Counted from the stretch's first letter, positions 1-7,764 are shown. The stretch is 28,647 nucleotides of DNA from a virus (IMGVR_UViG_3300015050_000677:1-28647), one strand, 5' to 3'. Translations and numbers: made by a program. The notes: generated from the sequence alone by a model not told the origin.

Positions 1-117
1 CTTGAGCATGAACTCGGCGCACCGCTTGACCGCCCAAGTGGGCAGCGGCGACTCTGCGCGCAGGAACCACGATCCGCGCGCGGGTCGCCATTCCATAGCG
101 GGTTGTTTTGCGATCAT
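1..117 (-). CDS. Hypothetical protein downstream of portal (5' part only, runs off window)
   Basis: ATG at 117 overlaps the portal stop (ATGA); frame MIAKQPAMEWRPARGSWFLRAESPLPTWAVKRCAEFMLK is open to the window edge. Confidence 0.55.
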   Translation of the reverse strand, partial: MIAKQPAMEWRPARGSWFLRAESPLPTWAVKRCAEFMLK

Positions 118-2492
118 TCGACCTCGATTCTGGCAATCCGCCCGCGCTCCCGCACCAGGCGCTTCGGTCGCGAGATCTGCGCGATCGCCCGATCGGCGTT
201 CTCGCGCATGACGCCCGCCATCTCGGTGATCGCGTCGCCGATCTTCGCGACCGTATCGTCGATCATGCCCACGCGCTCGCGCAGGGTCTCGACCATCTGC
301 TGCATGTCGGCACTGGTCGTGTTCTGCGTCTGGCTGGCGGCGAGTTCTTCCTGCAGCCGCTCAAGCCTTGCCTGCTGCTCGTCAAGCTGGCGACGCTTGA
401 TGTCGTTCTCGATCATCATCGCCTCCAGCTCGAGACGCTCGCGCTCGCTCATCATCGGCGGCTCGGCCTGCATCGGCGCGGCCTGCATCTGCCCGCTCTG
501 CCCCATGCTCGGCGCATCACCGCCGCCGTCGATCTTCATCAACGTCTCGGCGGTCTTGGCCTGCGTCAGTTCGCTCTCGGCGATCGTCTTGACGACGTCG
601 GCATTGGCCTTCGCGGCCTTGGCCATCGCTTCCTCGGCTGCGGCCTGCAGGAACACCGCGTTCGGGTCCTGCTGCTGGCCGGCGGCCTGCATCTGCTGCG
701 CCTCTTCGTCGGTCGGCTTGATCACGCCCATCTGCACGAGCTGCTTGCGGAAAAAGTCGCGGATGTCGGCCAGGCCCTCGCCGTCCATGTTCATGAGCGC
801 CGCGGCTTGCAAGACCTTCTGCGCCTCGGGGTCGGAGGTGATCGCCATCATCGAGGTCAGCGCCCGCACCGTCGCGGCGCGCTTGCTGCCGCTGCTCGGG
901 CCGACGTCCACGGTGACATCGAACTCGGCCTCGGTCAGGTCGTTCTCGTGCTCAAGCTCGCCATCCTCGTCGATCATCGGGCGCATGAGTTCGATGCTGG
1001 ACACCTGGTCCTGCTCGCCGATCATCTTCATCTTGCGACCCGGCTCGACGTAGATTTCCTTTGCCATCGAAAGCCAGATTTCGCCCTCCAGGCGCACGCC
1101 TTTTCCGTAGTTCGACATGAAGAGGAAGGTCTGCATGTCGATCTTCGCCTGCACCAGATCGACCGCCTTGCCGGAGACGTTCGAGACGATCTTTTCGCCC
1201 TGCTCGGCGTTGCCCAGCACGTCGCGGATGTCCTGCTCGCTGATCTGCAGCAGCGCCGCCATTGCGGGCGGCACCGCAGGCGGCTTCGTGTAGCCGACCG
1301 GCCCGCCGGCCTGCATGCTGCCGTCCGGCGCGGTGATCGGGTTCACCAGCAGGTACGGGTAGTTCTTGAGGTTGTCCTCTTGCCACATCACCTGATGGCC
1401 GGCGATCTGCTCGGGAACGAAGATCGGCTTTTCAATCGTGCTGTAGGCGGCAATCTCGGCCAGCGCCGAGCGTTGCATGTTCGCCAGCCGTTGCGCGTCC
1501 TTCGCGAGCCGCCCATGGCCGCAGAACCGCTCGACGTTGTCGATGAACCACCGCTTGCCGTAGACCGGCACGATCGGGATGTAGCGCCCCGGCAGGTATC
1601 CGCAGTCCTCCAGCACCTGTTTGCCGGACAGGATGTACTTGTGCACCCGGCGGCGCTTCACGCGCTTCTGGCGCACCTCGACGCTGCCGATGGCCTGCAG
1701 CTGCTCAAGCACCTCGTCGTCCAGATCCTCGGCCCGGTACTCTTCTTCGCTGCCGTCGAGGCTTTCGAACACGCGCACGACCTCGGTGCGGTCCTCGATG
1801 CGGTAGTACTCGGCGACGTAGACGACATCCGGCGTGCACCAATCGAACTCGAACTGGCGGATCTCCTTCGGCCAGCTTGTCGGGTCGTCGTCGTAGGCCT
1901 CGGCGTAGGCTTCGTGCGTCATGGAGGTCAGCACGAAGCAGCGCGTCGAGTCTTTCTTGTCCTGGCGCTTGGCCTGCAGATCGAAGAAAACGCTGTTGTC
2001 AGCGTCGAAGATCGGCTCGATGCGGATCCGCTGCCGTTGGTCTTCGTCTTCCTCGTCGGACTCCTCGCTCTCGTAGACCGCCCGCAGCCGCCATGCGCCG
2101 AAGCCGCCAGCGACGGCCTCTTCGAAGGCGTTATCGTGGGCCTCCTCGGCTACGCTGTCCTGCTCATCGGCGCGGTACAGGCCGGCGCAGGTGTCGGCCA
2201 GGCTGTCGTGCTCGCCCGTCTTGGCGACGAACTTGGCGGCGATCCGGTTCGCCCGGTACTCGGAGCAGATGCGCTGGACTGACAGCGCGATCTTGTTCAC
2301 CTCGAACTTCGGCCGGTTCTCGAACTGCTCGGACAGCGGCCCTTCCCACTGCGCCCCGGCGATCGAGTAGAACCGCCGATCCTGCAGGCTCTGCAGCCGT
2401 TCGTCGCGCACGGCCGACTGGATGCGGTCGAACTCGGCCATAGCCTCGGCGTGCACCTTCGTCAGTCGCTCCAGCTCGGTCGGTCGTGCCAC
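114..2492 (-). CDS. P22-like portal protein
   Basis: 792 aa directly after terL; motifs RFYSIAGAQWEG, FEVNKI, FEEAVAGGFGAWR, YIPIVPVYGKRW, KDAQRLANM, FDVTVDVGPS typical of P22-type portals; GGAGA RBS before GTG. Confidence 0.92.
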   Translation of the reverse strand: MARPTELERLTKVHAEAMAEFDRIQSAVRDERLQSLQDRRFYSIAGAQWEGPLSEQFENRPKFEVNKIALSVQRICSEYRANRIAAKFVAKTGEHDSLADTCAGLYRADEQDSVAEEAHDNAFEEAVAGGFGAWRLRAVYESEESDEEDEDQRQRIRIEPIFDADNSVFFDLQAKRQDKKDSTRCFVLTSMTHEAYAEAYDDDPTSWPKEIRQFEFDWCTPDVVYVAEYYRIEDRTEVVRVFESLDGSEEEYRAEDLDDEVLEQLQAIGSVEVRQKRVKRRRVHKYILSGKQVLEDCGYLPGRYIPIVPVYGKRWFIDNVERFCGHGRLAKDAQRLANMQRSALAEIAAYSTIEKPIFVPEQIAGHQVMWQEDNLKNYPYLLVNPITAPDGSMQAGGPVGYTKPPAVPPAMAALLQISEQDIRDVLGNAEQGEKIVSNVSGKAVDLVQAKIDMQTFLFMSNYGKGVRLEGEIWLSMAKEIYVEPGRKMKMIGEQDQVSSIELMRPMIDEDGELEHENDLTEAEFDVTVDVGPSSGSKRAATVRALTSMMAITSDPEAQKVLQAAALMNMDGEGLADIRDFFRKQLVQMGVIKPTDEEAQQMQAAGQQQDPNAVFLQAAAEEAMAKAAKANADVVKTIAESELTQAKTAETLMKIDGGGDAPSMGQSGQMQAAPMQAEPPMMSERERLELEAMMIENDIKRRQLDEQQARLERLQEELAASQTQNTTSADMQQMVETLRERVGMIDDTVAKIGDAITEMAGVMRENADRAIAQISRPKRLVRERGRIARIEVE

Positions 2493-2522
2493 GGTGTCTC
2501 CAGGCTTGCGTATGCACCCGCG

Positions 2523-2551
2523 ATTATGCTACGGCGGGGCTGATCCGGCAA
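2523..2551 (-). promoter_or_regulatory. Putative sigma70-type promoter for portal
   Basis: TTGCCG-N17-CATAAT on the minus strand in the terL-portal gap. Confidence 0.5.
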
Positions 2552-2552
2552 A

Positions 2553-3815
2553 TCAGCGGCGGGCGGCCAGAGCGGCCCAGCGGGTCGCGGTGGGCAGCGG
2601 AGCGGATACCTGCGGCTTGTGCGACGATGCGCGCCTGGCGCCCTCGCAGGCGTAGCGCAGCGCGTCGATGCAGTGATTCGACTTGTCGGCCAGCACCGGC
2701 AGCACGCGCCCGGTCAGCGGGTCCGTCTTGTAGCTGTAGAGCGTCAGCTCGTCGATCACATGCTGGCAGCGCGGGTGCACGATGATGTCGTAGCTCTTCA
2801 GCCACTCAACGCCCTCCTCGACCGATCGCGGACCCTTGACCGCGGCAAGGATCTTCGGGAAGCCGTGCCGGCGCATGTGGCTGATCGTCTCCGGCCGGCT
2901 GGAATCGGCCACCAGCGGCCACTTCTCGGCCTCGGGCACGCTCATGAACAGGTCCGGCGTCTCGGTGATCTCGCAGCCGACGCGGTACGCCTCGAAGTCA
3001 ACGTAGAGCTTCCGGCCGACGATGTGCGATCGCACCAGCACCGTTGGATCGGATGCGAATCCCCAGTCGGCACCCAGCCGGTGAATCGCATCGGGCGGCG
3101 CTTCGAACTCCTCGATGCGCCAGTTCCGGAAGACCCGCGCCTCGCTGTTCTGCAGGTAGCCGCCCAGCCAGATGTGCCCGTACTTGTCCGGGTCGCGGCT
3201 GCGGTCGTACTCCATCTCCTCGCGCAGAACGTCCGGAAACCACGGGTTATCCTGGTAGTTCACCTGAACGACCACGGACCTCGGCGGCAGGCTGTCGCCG
3301 CGCAGGAGCTGGTCGATCGGATCTGTCTCGAGCCTCGGGTTCCATGTGAACCACAGTTCCGAGTCTGGCTTTCGCAGCGTCGGGCGCAGCATGTCGAGCG
3401 ACCGCTGGCTCAGGCTCTGCGCCTCTTCGCCCCATGCCCGGTCATAGCCTTCCAGCGACTTGATCGTCTCGGCGGTATGGTTCTGCATGCCCTGGAAGAT
3501 CACCAGCCCGTCACCGTTGCCAGCCGGGTTGTGCGACTTGATCACGGCCTCCTGCACCGTGAAGTAAGCCCCGGCGTTCATGGCCTCGATCTTGTCTTCG
3601 ATCAGCCGCTTGACCGACTGCGCCAGGCTCTTCTGCACCTCGCGCACGCAGACCGATCGGCTCGACTGGTCGATGATGTGCGCCTCGACCAGCATCTCGG
3701 CGAACTCGTGCGACTTGCCCGAGCCGCGTCCGCCGTGCGCGCCCTTGTAGCGCGCCGGAGCCAGCAGCGGGACGGCCCACTCAGGCGTCGGAAGCGTCAG
3801 GGTGCGGCTTGGCAT
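2553..3815 (-). CDS. terL: Terminase large subunit (PBSX/Terminase_3 type)
   Basis: Walker A GGRGSGKS, Walker B-like WGEEAQ, LWFTWNP, nuclease motifs GADWGF and NHCIDALRYA. Confidence 0.95.
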   Translation of the reverse strand: MPSRTLTLPTPEWAVPLLAPARYKGAHGGRGSGKSHEFAEMLVEAHIIDQSSRSVCVREVQKSLAQSVKRLIEDKIEAMNAGAYFTVQEAVIKSHNPAGNGDGLVIFQGMQNHTAETIKSLEGYDRAWGEEAQSLSQRSLDMLRPTLRKPDSELWFTWNPRLETDPIDQLLRGDSLPPRSVVVQVNYQDNPWFPDVLREEMEYDRSRDPDKYGHIWLGGYLQNSEARVFRNWRIEEFEAPPDAIHRLGADWGFASDPTVLVRSHIVGRKLYVDFEAYRVGCEITETPDLFMSVPEAEKWPLVADSSRPETISHMRRHGFPKILAAVKGPRSVEEGVEWLKSYDIIVHPRCQHVIDELTLYSYKTDPLTGRVLPVLADKSNHCIDALRYACEGARRASSHKPQVSAPLPTATRWAALAARR

Positions 3816-4227
3816 TCACGATGACACGCTCGATGCGCGCCACGGCTATCGGGTTCTTCGGGTCGCCTGCGAGTTCCAGGCGGTCGCCGTACTTGCGCGG
3901 GGCGAGTTTAGAGAGCATCCACTTTCGGGTGTCCACCTGCAGGCGCTGCTTTGCCACAGCGCCGGAGTCGGTCGCGCCGGAGTCCGTGTTGCCCACGGGT
4001 TCATCGGCGATCGCCATTGTCTCCTCGGCGAGCCGCTCGACCAGATCTTCGCGCGCGCGGGCGTACTCTTCCGCCAGTTCGGCGTCCTCATCGACCCAGC
4101 GCCCGAACGTCGATTGCGGCACGCCGGCAGCCTTGCACGCAGCGAAGGCGCTTGAGCCGTCGCGCATGCCGGCCAGCACCTGCTCGATAATCTGCAGCTT
4201 GTTCGGGTACTTCGATGGCCGATTCAT
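3781..4227 (-). CDS. terS: Terminase small subunit (Sf6 gp1-like)
   Basis: N-terminal HTH, EYARARE, RLQVDTRKWMLSKLAPRKYGD; immediately upstream of terL. Confidence 0.88.
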   Translation of the reverse strand: MNRPSKYPNKLQIIEQVLAGMRDGSSAFAACKAAGVPQSTFGRWVDEDAELAEEYARAREDLVERLAEETMAIADEPVGNTDSGATDSGAVAKQRLQVDTRKWMLSKLAPRKYGDRLELAGDPKNPIAVARIERVIVNAKPHPDASDA

Positions 4228-4259
4228 GCGCCCTCCGTCATCTCGATCTGCGCCATCAT
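4224..4259 (-). CDS. Possible 11-codon coupling minigene (MMAQIEMTEGA)
   Basis: ATGA overlaps at both ends, carries the GGAGG SD of terS. Confidence 0.35.
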   Translation of the reverse strand: MMAQIEMTEGA

Positions 4260-4564
4260 GAACAGTCCACCTCCCTCAGAACGTATCGGCCCTTCGCGCT
4301 CTTGCGCCACCCGTGGACCATCAGCGTCCACCCGGCCCGCCGCAGTGCGGGCACCATGTCCGAGTCGGCGATCTTCTTCACCCTCGACGCCACGCCGGTC
4401 GATGTGACCTGCACGCCCATCGTCACCTCGTCGCGCACGGCCAGAAGGTCGAACACACCGAACAGATCCTGCCGGATGCGCGCGTGCGGATTCCAACGCT
4501 CGACGATGGCGACCTGCCAGCCTTCGCCGCGGAGGTAGGCCAGGCTGCGCTGGGTCGGCGTCAC
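4256..4564 (-). CDS. PD-(D/E)XK nuclease, Holliday-junction-resolvase-like
   Basis: LAYLRGEGW...DLFGVFDLLAVR...GVQVTS pattern of small Hjc/VRR-like nucleases; position upstream of terS. Confidence 0.55.
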   Translation of the reverse strand: MTPTQRSLAYLRGEGWQVAIVERWNPHARIRQDLFGVFDLLAVRDEVTMGVQVTSTGVASRVKKIADSDMVPALRRAGWTLMVHGWRKSAKGRYVLREVDCS

Positions 4565-4668
4565 TCGTCATCCCTCCCGCGAATCTCCGGCCAGACCGCT
4601 ATCGCCCACGCAACGACCAGCGCGGCGACGACGAACACGATCGGCAGCACCCACGCCCACCAGCTCAA
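4561..4668 (-). CDS. Small membrane protein (35 aa)
   Basis: TTG start overlapping upstream TGA, GTGA overlap downstream; MSWWAWVLPIVFVVAALVVAWAIAVWPEIRGRDDE is one hydrophobic helix. Confidence 0.6.
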   Translation of the reverse strand: MSWWAWVLPIVFVVAALVVAWAIAVWPEIRGRDDE

Positions 4669-4958
4669 GCGATCCTCCGCACGATTGCGCATGTCGGAGC
4701 CGATGATACCCGGAACTGCGTCCCCGGTCGCTCTGCGCGCACATGCCCTGCGATGGCGCTGACCTGCTCCGGACTGCGCTCGGTAACCTCGATCTCGTCG
4801 CCGATCTGCATGGCCTCGATCTGCAGCCGAATGCTCGATCTGCGCGGCCCGTAGCTGCTCTGCGCGGCCGGCGCGGTCGCCTCGGCGGTGCCGTCCATGA
4901 TCTCGGACAGTGCGGGCATGCGGCCGAGTTCGTCACGAAGGATGGTGTAGGTGGTCAT
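4665..4958 (-). CDS. Hypothetical protein (97 aa)
   Basis: ATG 4958 with ATGA overlap and GGAGG SD; C-terminal part of the 4665..5207 ORF. Confidence 0.65.
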   Translation of the reverse strand: MTTYTILRDELGRMPALSEIMDGTAEATAPAAQSSYGPRRSSIRLQIEAMQIGDEIEVTERSPEQVSAIAGHVRAERPGTQFRVSSAPTCAIVRRIA

Positions 4959-5101
4959 GCCTGCGCCTCCGCCGTCTGCCGTTCGTCCCACTGCTCGCGC
5001 GCCCATTGCTCGGCCATCGCCCGAGGCACGAATGCATCGTGCTCGAGGATGCCGGCTCGCTCTTCGATCCACTCCTGGCGATTCAGTTCGGCCTCGCTCA
5101 C
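4955..5101 (-). CDS. Hypothetical protein (48 aa)
   Basis: GTGA/ATGA coupled; MSEAELNRQEWIEERAGILEHDAFVPRAMAEQWA has the EERAxIxExD motif common in small phage proteins. Confidence 0.6.
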   Translation of the reverse strand: MSEAELNRQEWIEERAGILEHDAFVPRAMAEQWAREQWDERQTAEAQA

Positions 5102-5253
5102 GGTGCACGCTCCCGGTCGCGTCTGGCCCGCTGCGCCATCGATCGGCTATAACTCCGGCCTGCGATCTCGGCCTGCGCAGCCGCGGCCATGCGGTCGATG
5201 CGGGCATGAATCCGCATCCGCGCTTCTGCCCACATCCGATCGAAGGCGCTCAT
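5098..5253 (-). CDS. Hypothetical protein (51 aa)
   Basis: ATGA/GTGA coupled on both sides; MSAFDRMWAEARMRIHARIDRM... Confidence 0.5.
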   Translation of the reverse strand: MSAFDRMWAEARMRIHARIDRMAAAAQAEIAGRSYSRSMAQRARRDRERAP

Positions 5254-5537
5254 ACCGGCACCGCCTGCCCCTGCAGCAGTGCCCAGCAGTCCCGTCGCAC
5301 GCGGTCGGCCGCCTCACGGCCGGCCTGGCGCTCCAGCTCGGCGAGCATCTGGCTGCGCTTGACGTTGTCCGGTAGGCCCGCAATCTTCGTCACAGCCTCG
5401 CGGTGCGGCATCGCGAGCAGCAGGCGCACGGCATTGGGCAGGGCCTGCCTGGCCCACTCCTCAAGCTTTGCAGTCGGCACGCGGCCAGCGCCGGGGCGGT
5501 TGTTGGTCGGCGCTGGCTTTCCCATGCGCCCGCTCAT
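5250..5537 (-). CDS. Hypothetical protein (95 aa)
   Basis: ATG 5537 overlaps upstream TGA; helical protein ending ERQAGREAADRVRRDCWALL. Confidence 0.6.
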   Translation of the reverse strand: MSGRMGKPAPTNNRPGAGRVPTAKLEEWARQALPNAVRLLLAMPHREAVTKIAGLPDNVKRSQMLAELERQAGREAADRVRRDCWALLQGQAVPV

Positions 5538-5998
5538 TGCTGCCGCAGCCCGAACGGCTGCGAGTTGCCGATGCCCGACTCCAGCCAGCCGAGCGCACCG
5601 AGCCGGAATCGCGAAGCCCACTGGCGGAGTTCCTCGTGCTCGGGCTGGTAGCGCAGATCGGGGATTCCGGCTCGGACGCAGTACGCGCTGACCTTGTGCG
5701 CCAGGTCGGCCGTCGGCCCGTCGGCGCTCAATCGGCTGAATGCCCGAAGAATCCACATCGACCTGTTCGCCCTTTCGGTGATCGCTTGCCACTGGTCCGG
5801 CGCTGCCCGGCGGTGCGGGCTGCACGTCCACGGACCGCCGCCCTTCGTCGAGTCGGTTGAGGTTCCCGGAAGCGGACATCCGCGTGCAAGGCATTTCTCC
5901 GTACCGCCCGATGTGGGCTGCGTGCCGCCCTCCGAGGCGGCATCGCCAGCACCATTTTTCGACCATTTTTCGCCTTCTCTGTTCGCATGGTAACTCAT
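5534..5998 (-). CDS. Putative Zn-binding replication-associated protein
   Basis: GAGAGG SD before ATG 5998; CLARGCPLPG...WTCSPH Cys/His cluster; follows the replication initiator. Confidence 0.55.
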   Translation of the reverse strand: MSYHANREGEKWSKNGAGDAASEGGTQPTSGGTEKCLARGCPLPGTSTDSTKGGGPWTCSPHRRAAPDQWQAITERANRSMWILRAFSRLSADGPTADLAHKVSAYCVRAGIPDLRYQPEHEELRQWASRFRLGALGWLESGIGNSQPFGLRQQ

Positions 5999-6064
5999 AA
6001 AACCTCTCAAGTGCGAAGGGCGCTCTGCGGACCGGCCCTGAGGGGGCCGGCCGCGCTGCCGCCG

Positions 6065-6099
6065 GAATCAGGAATCAGGAATCAGGAATCAGGAATCAG
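6065..6099. repeat. Perfect tandem heptamer (GAATCAG)x5
   Basis: Read directly: gccg-[gaatcag]x5-cacgg. Confidence 0.97.
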
Positions 6100-6126
6100 C
6101 ACGGCTGACCCCCCCTTGCAAGTGGG

Positions 6127-6534
6127 TCAAGCCCGAGGCTTTGTGTCGCTGCACGGCTCACCAGCCTCAGGCTTTGCCGACTTTCCATCGCCATTCAGCC
6201 TAGGGCTAGCCTCGGGCTTCGGTATCGTGGAAGGCACCTCGCGGTGGTGCGGGTTCTGGTGTTGAAGGAACTTGCACACCTCGATGAAGCGCTCTCCCGA
6301 GACCGTGTAGCGATGGATAAACCCGGCCTTGTCGAGGGCCACCAGCGACTTCTCGACGTTGACATCGTCGCCGGGGAAGACCGCCATCTTGATGCGCTTC
6401 GGGCGATCTTCCATGCGCCCCTCGCGATCGGCCAGCGTCCACAGTCCGATGAACAGAAGGCGGGTCTCGAAGGGCAGTTCGGCCAAGTCCTCGTTGGCGA
6501 AAAAGCCCGGCTTGATGTTTCGCGCGCGAGGCAT
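6127..6534 (-). CDS. Phage replication initiator, N-terminal DNA-binding domain only (135 aa)
   Basis: MPRARNIKPGFFANEDL...RLLFIGLWTLADREGR..DRPKRIK...HQNPHHRE matches lambdoid replisome-organiser N-termini; TGATG coupling at start. Confidence 0.8.
   Translation of the reverse strand: MPRARNIKPGFFANEDLAELPFETRLLFIGLWTLADREGRMEDRPKRIKMAVFPGDDVNVEKSLVALDKAGFIHRYTVSGERFIEVCKFLQHQNPHHREVPSTIPKPEASPRLNGDGKSAKPEAGEPCSDTKPRA
6129..6219. repeat. Four quasi-palindromic iterons AGCC-N3-GGCT (putative replication origin)
   Basis: AGCCCGAGGCT 6130-6140, AGCCTCAGGCT 6163-6173, AGCCTAGGGCT 6197-6207, AGCCTCGGGCT 6208-6218 inside the initiator gene, as for lambda O iterons. Confidence 0.7.
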
Positions 6535-6722
6535 CAGTCGCACTTCCCCAGCAGCGACTGCATCCGCTCGATAACCGCGAGCACATGCGATCGCGGGATA
6601 ACGATCTCCGTCTCTGTGCTGTCCTCCCACACCTTTGGATCACGTGCCAGCACGACATCGCCGGACTGCCTGATATAACACCTGACCTCGTCCATTGACG
6701 GCACCACAACGTCATTGCCCAT
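6534..6722 (-). CDS. Hypothetical protein (62 aa; alternative coupled start at 6821)
   Basis: MGNDVVVPSMDEVRCYIRQSGDVVLARD...; stop overlaps initiator ATG. Confidence 0.6.
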   Translation of the reverse strand: MGNDVVVPSMDEVRCYIRQSGDVVLARDPKVWEDSTETEIVIPRSHVLAVIERMQSLLGKCD

Positions 6723-6817
6723 GCTCCCGCCTTTCATCTCGCCAGAGATAGGGTCGGGGCTGCGGACGACGGCGAGAGTGCCGTCCGCGCCATGCCTGGC
6801 TGCCCCGGTTGAAGAAA

Positions 6818-7108
6818 TCATGCAGCCGCCCAGACCGATCCCGCCCGCCCGCTCGGCGTGGTCTCGTACCGATCCGGCACGACATGGCAGACGCCCTGCC
6901 CGACCATCTCGGCCAGCCTGCGCGCACACGCGACCGGGTCCAGGCCGGTCTCGCGCGCGATCTCGTAGCGACCCATCGGCCCGCACCGCTTGAGCGCAGC
7001 CCAGATCAACGCCCGGTGCGTAGCAGCTGCCCTGCCCATCGAATCTCCTGCGGCCCAGCTCGTGTCGCGGTCGGTTGTGCGGCTGGCTGGTGTGATGTCG
7101 AGGTTCAT
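6818..7108 (-). CDS. Winged-helix DNA-binding protein (CII position)
   Basis: ASRTTDRDTSWAA...IWAALKRCGPMGRYEIARETGLDPVACARRLAEM...TPSGRAGSVW; ATGA overlap with cro. Confidence 0.7.
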   Translation of the reverse strand: MNLDITPASRTTDRDTSWAAGDSMGRAAATHRALIWAALKRCGPMGRYEIARETGLDPVACARRLAEMVGQGVCHVVPDRYETTPSGRAGSVWAAA

Positions 7109-7311
7109 GCCTGCTCCCATAGGTCCGGCCGGAACATGGAGCGCGGAAGTCCAGTGGCGCGCTCGATCAAAATCGCGCGCTCGGCTGAAATTTTTCGCAG
7201 TCCACCTTCGACCTGTTGGATCATCGAGGCACTGACGCCGATCTTCCGCGACATTGCCTCGCGGGAAAATCCATTCGTCATGCGGTACTGTCTGAGAGGG
7301 TGTCTGTCCAT
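7105..7311 (-). CDS. cro: Cro-like HTH regulator
   Basis: 68 aa, HTH SREAMSRKIGVSASMIQQVEGG and the Cro/YdaS-type tail AILIERATGLPRSMFRPDLW. Confidence 0.82.
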   Translation of the reverse strand: MDRHPLRQYRMTNGFSREAMSRKIGVSASMIQQVEGGLRKISAERAILIERATGLPRSMFRPDLWEQA

Positions 7312-7318
7312 AAGCCGG

Positions 7319-7347
7319 ACAGTAGTACGGTTCCGGAGAGGTGTCAA
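7319..7347 (-). promoter_or_regulatory. Leftward sigma70 promoter (PR-like)
   Basis: TTGACA-N17-TACTGT on the minus strand, 7 nt before the cro ATG. Confidence 0.7.
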
Positions 7348-7360
7348 TGCCTGAAGCGTG

Positions 7361-7410
7361 AAAAATAAATACGGAATGTGTTGACAGCCGTCTATCGTCT
7401 GCCCGATACT
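7361..7410 (+). promoter_or_regulatory. Rightward sigma70 promoter (PL-like) with AT-rich UP element
   Basis: AAAAATAAAT 7361-7370, TTGACA 7381-7386, N18, GATACT 7405-7410. Confidence 0.7.
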
Positions 7411-7452
7411 CTCCCCATCGGCTGCACTTCGCAGCCTCTACCGGGAGATGCA

Positions 7453-7764
7453 ATGATCCAGAACGGCATGACCATCGGCGCGGCCTCCGAGTACGACGCG
7501 GCTGCTGCGTTCGGCGAGCGCCTGGCCGACGCCATCGAAGCGCGCGTTGACCGCATGATGAACGGCACCGACGGCGGTGACGGGAGCGAGGTCGAAGAGG
7601 CCATCAGCGAGAACGCCGACCTTGTGCGCGTTGCGATCATGGAACTGATCGCCGACAGCTCGCGCGGCGCCGAGATCGCGCAGCGGTTGGAGTCGATGAT
7701 TCGCGCCTACGTCACGCCGTCGGTGATGCGTGACGCCGAGCGTGACGCGATGTGGGGCGATTGA
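7453..7764 (+). CDS. Hypothetical acidic protein (103 aa)
   Basis: GGGAGA SD, first gene after rightward promoter. Confidence 0.7.
   Translation: MIQNGMTIGAASEYDAAAAFGERLADAIEARVDRMMNGTDGGDGSEVEEAISENADLVRVAIMELIADSSRGAEIAQRLESMIRAYVTPSVMRDAERDAMWGD

Noticed and set aside
103-3824. Long plus-strand ORFs (108..2282, 103..1053, 2619..3824) opposite portal and terL
   Set aside because: Antisense shadows typical of high-GC coding DNA; no motifs or SD, and the minus-strand genes are clearly recognisable
6065-6099. Heptamer array as CRISPR or phase-variation tract
   Set aside because: No spacers or cas genes; it lies downstream of the stop codon, so copy-number change would not restore a frame
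6007-6129. TGA recoding (alternative genetic code) to explain stops in the initiator
   Set aside because: TGA is the normal stop across the window, with dozens of ATGA/TGATG overlaps, and read-through would add only 40 codons
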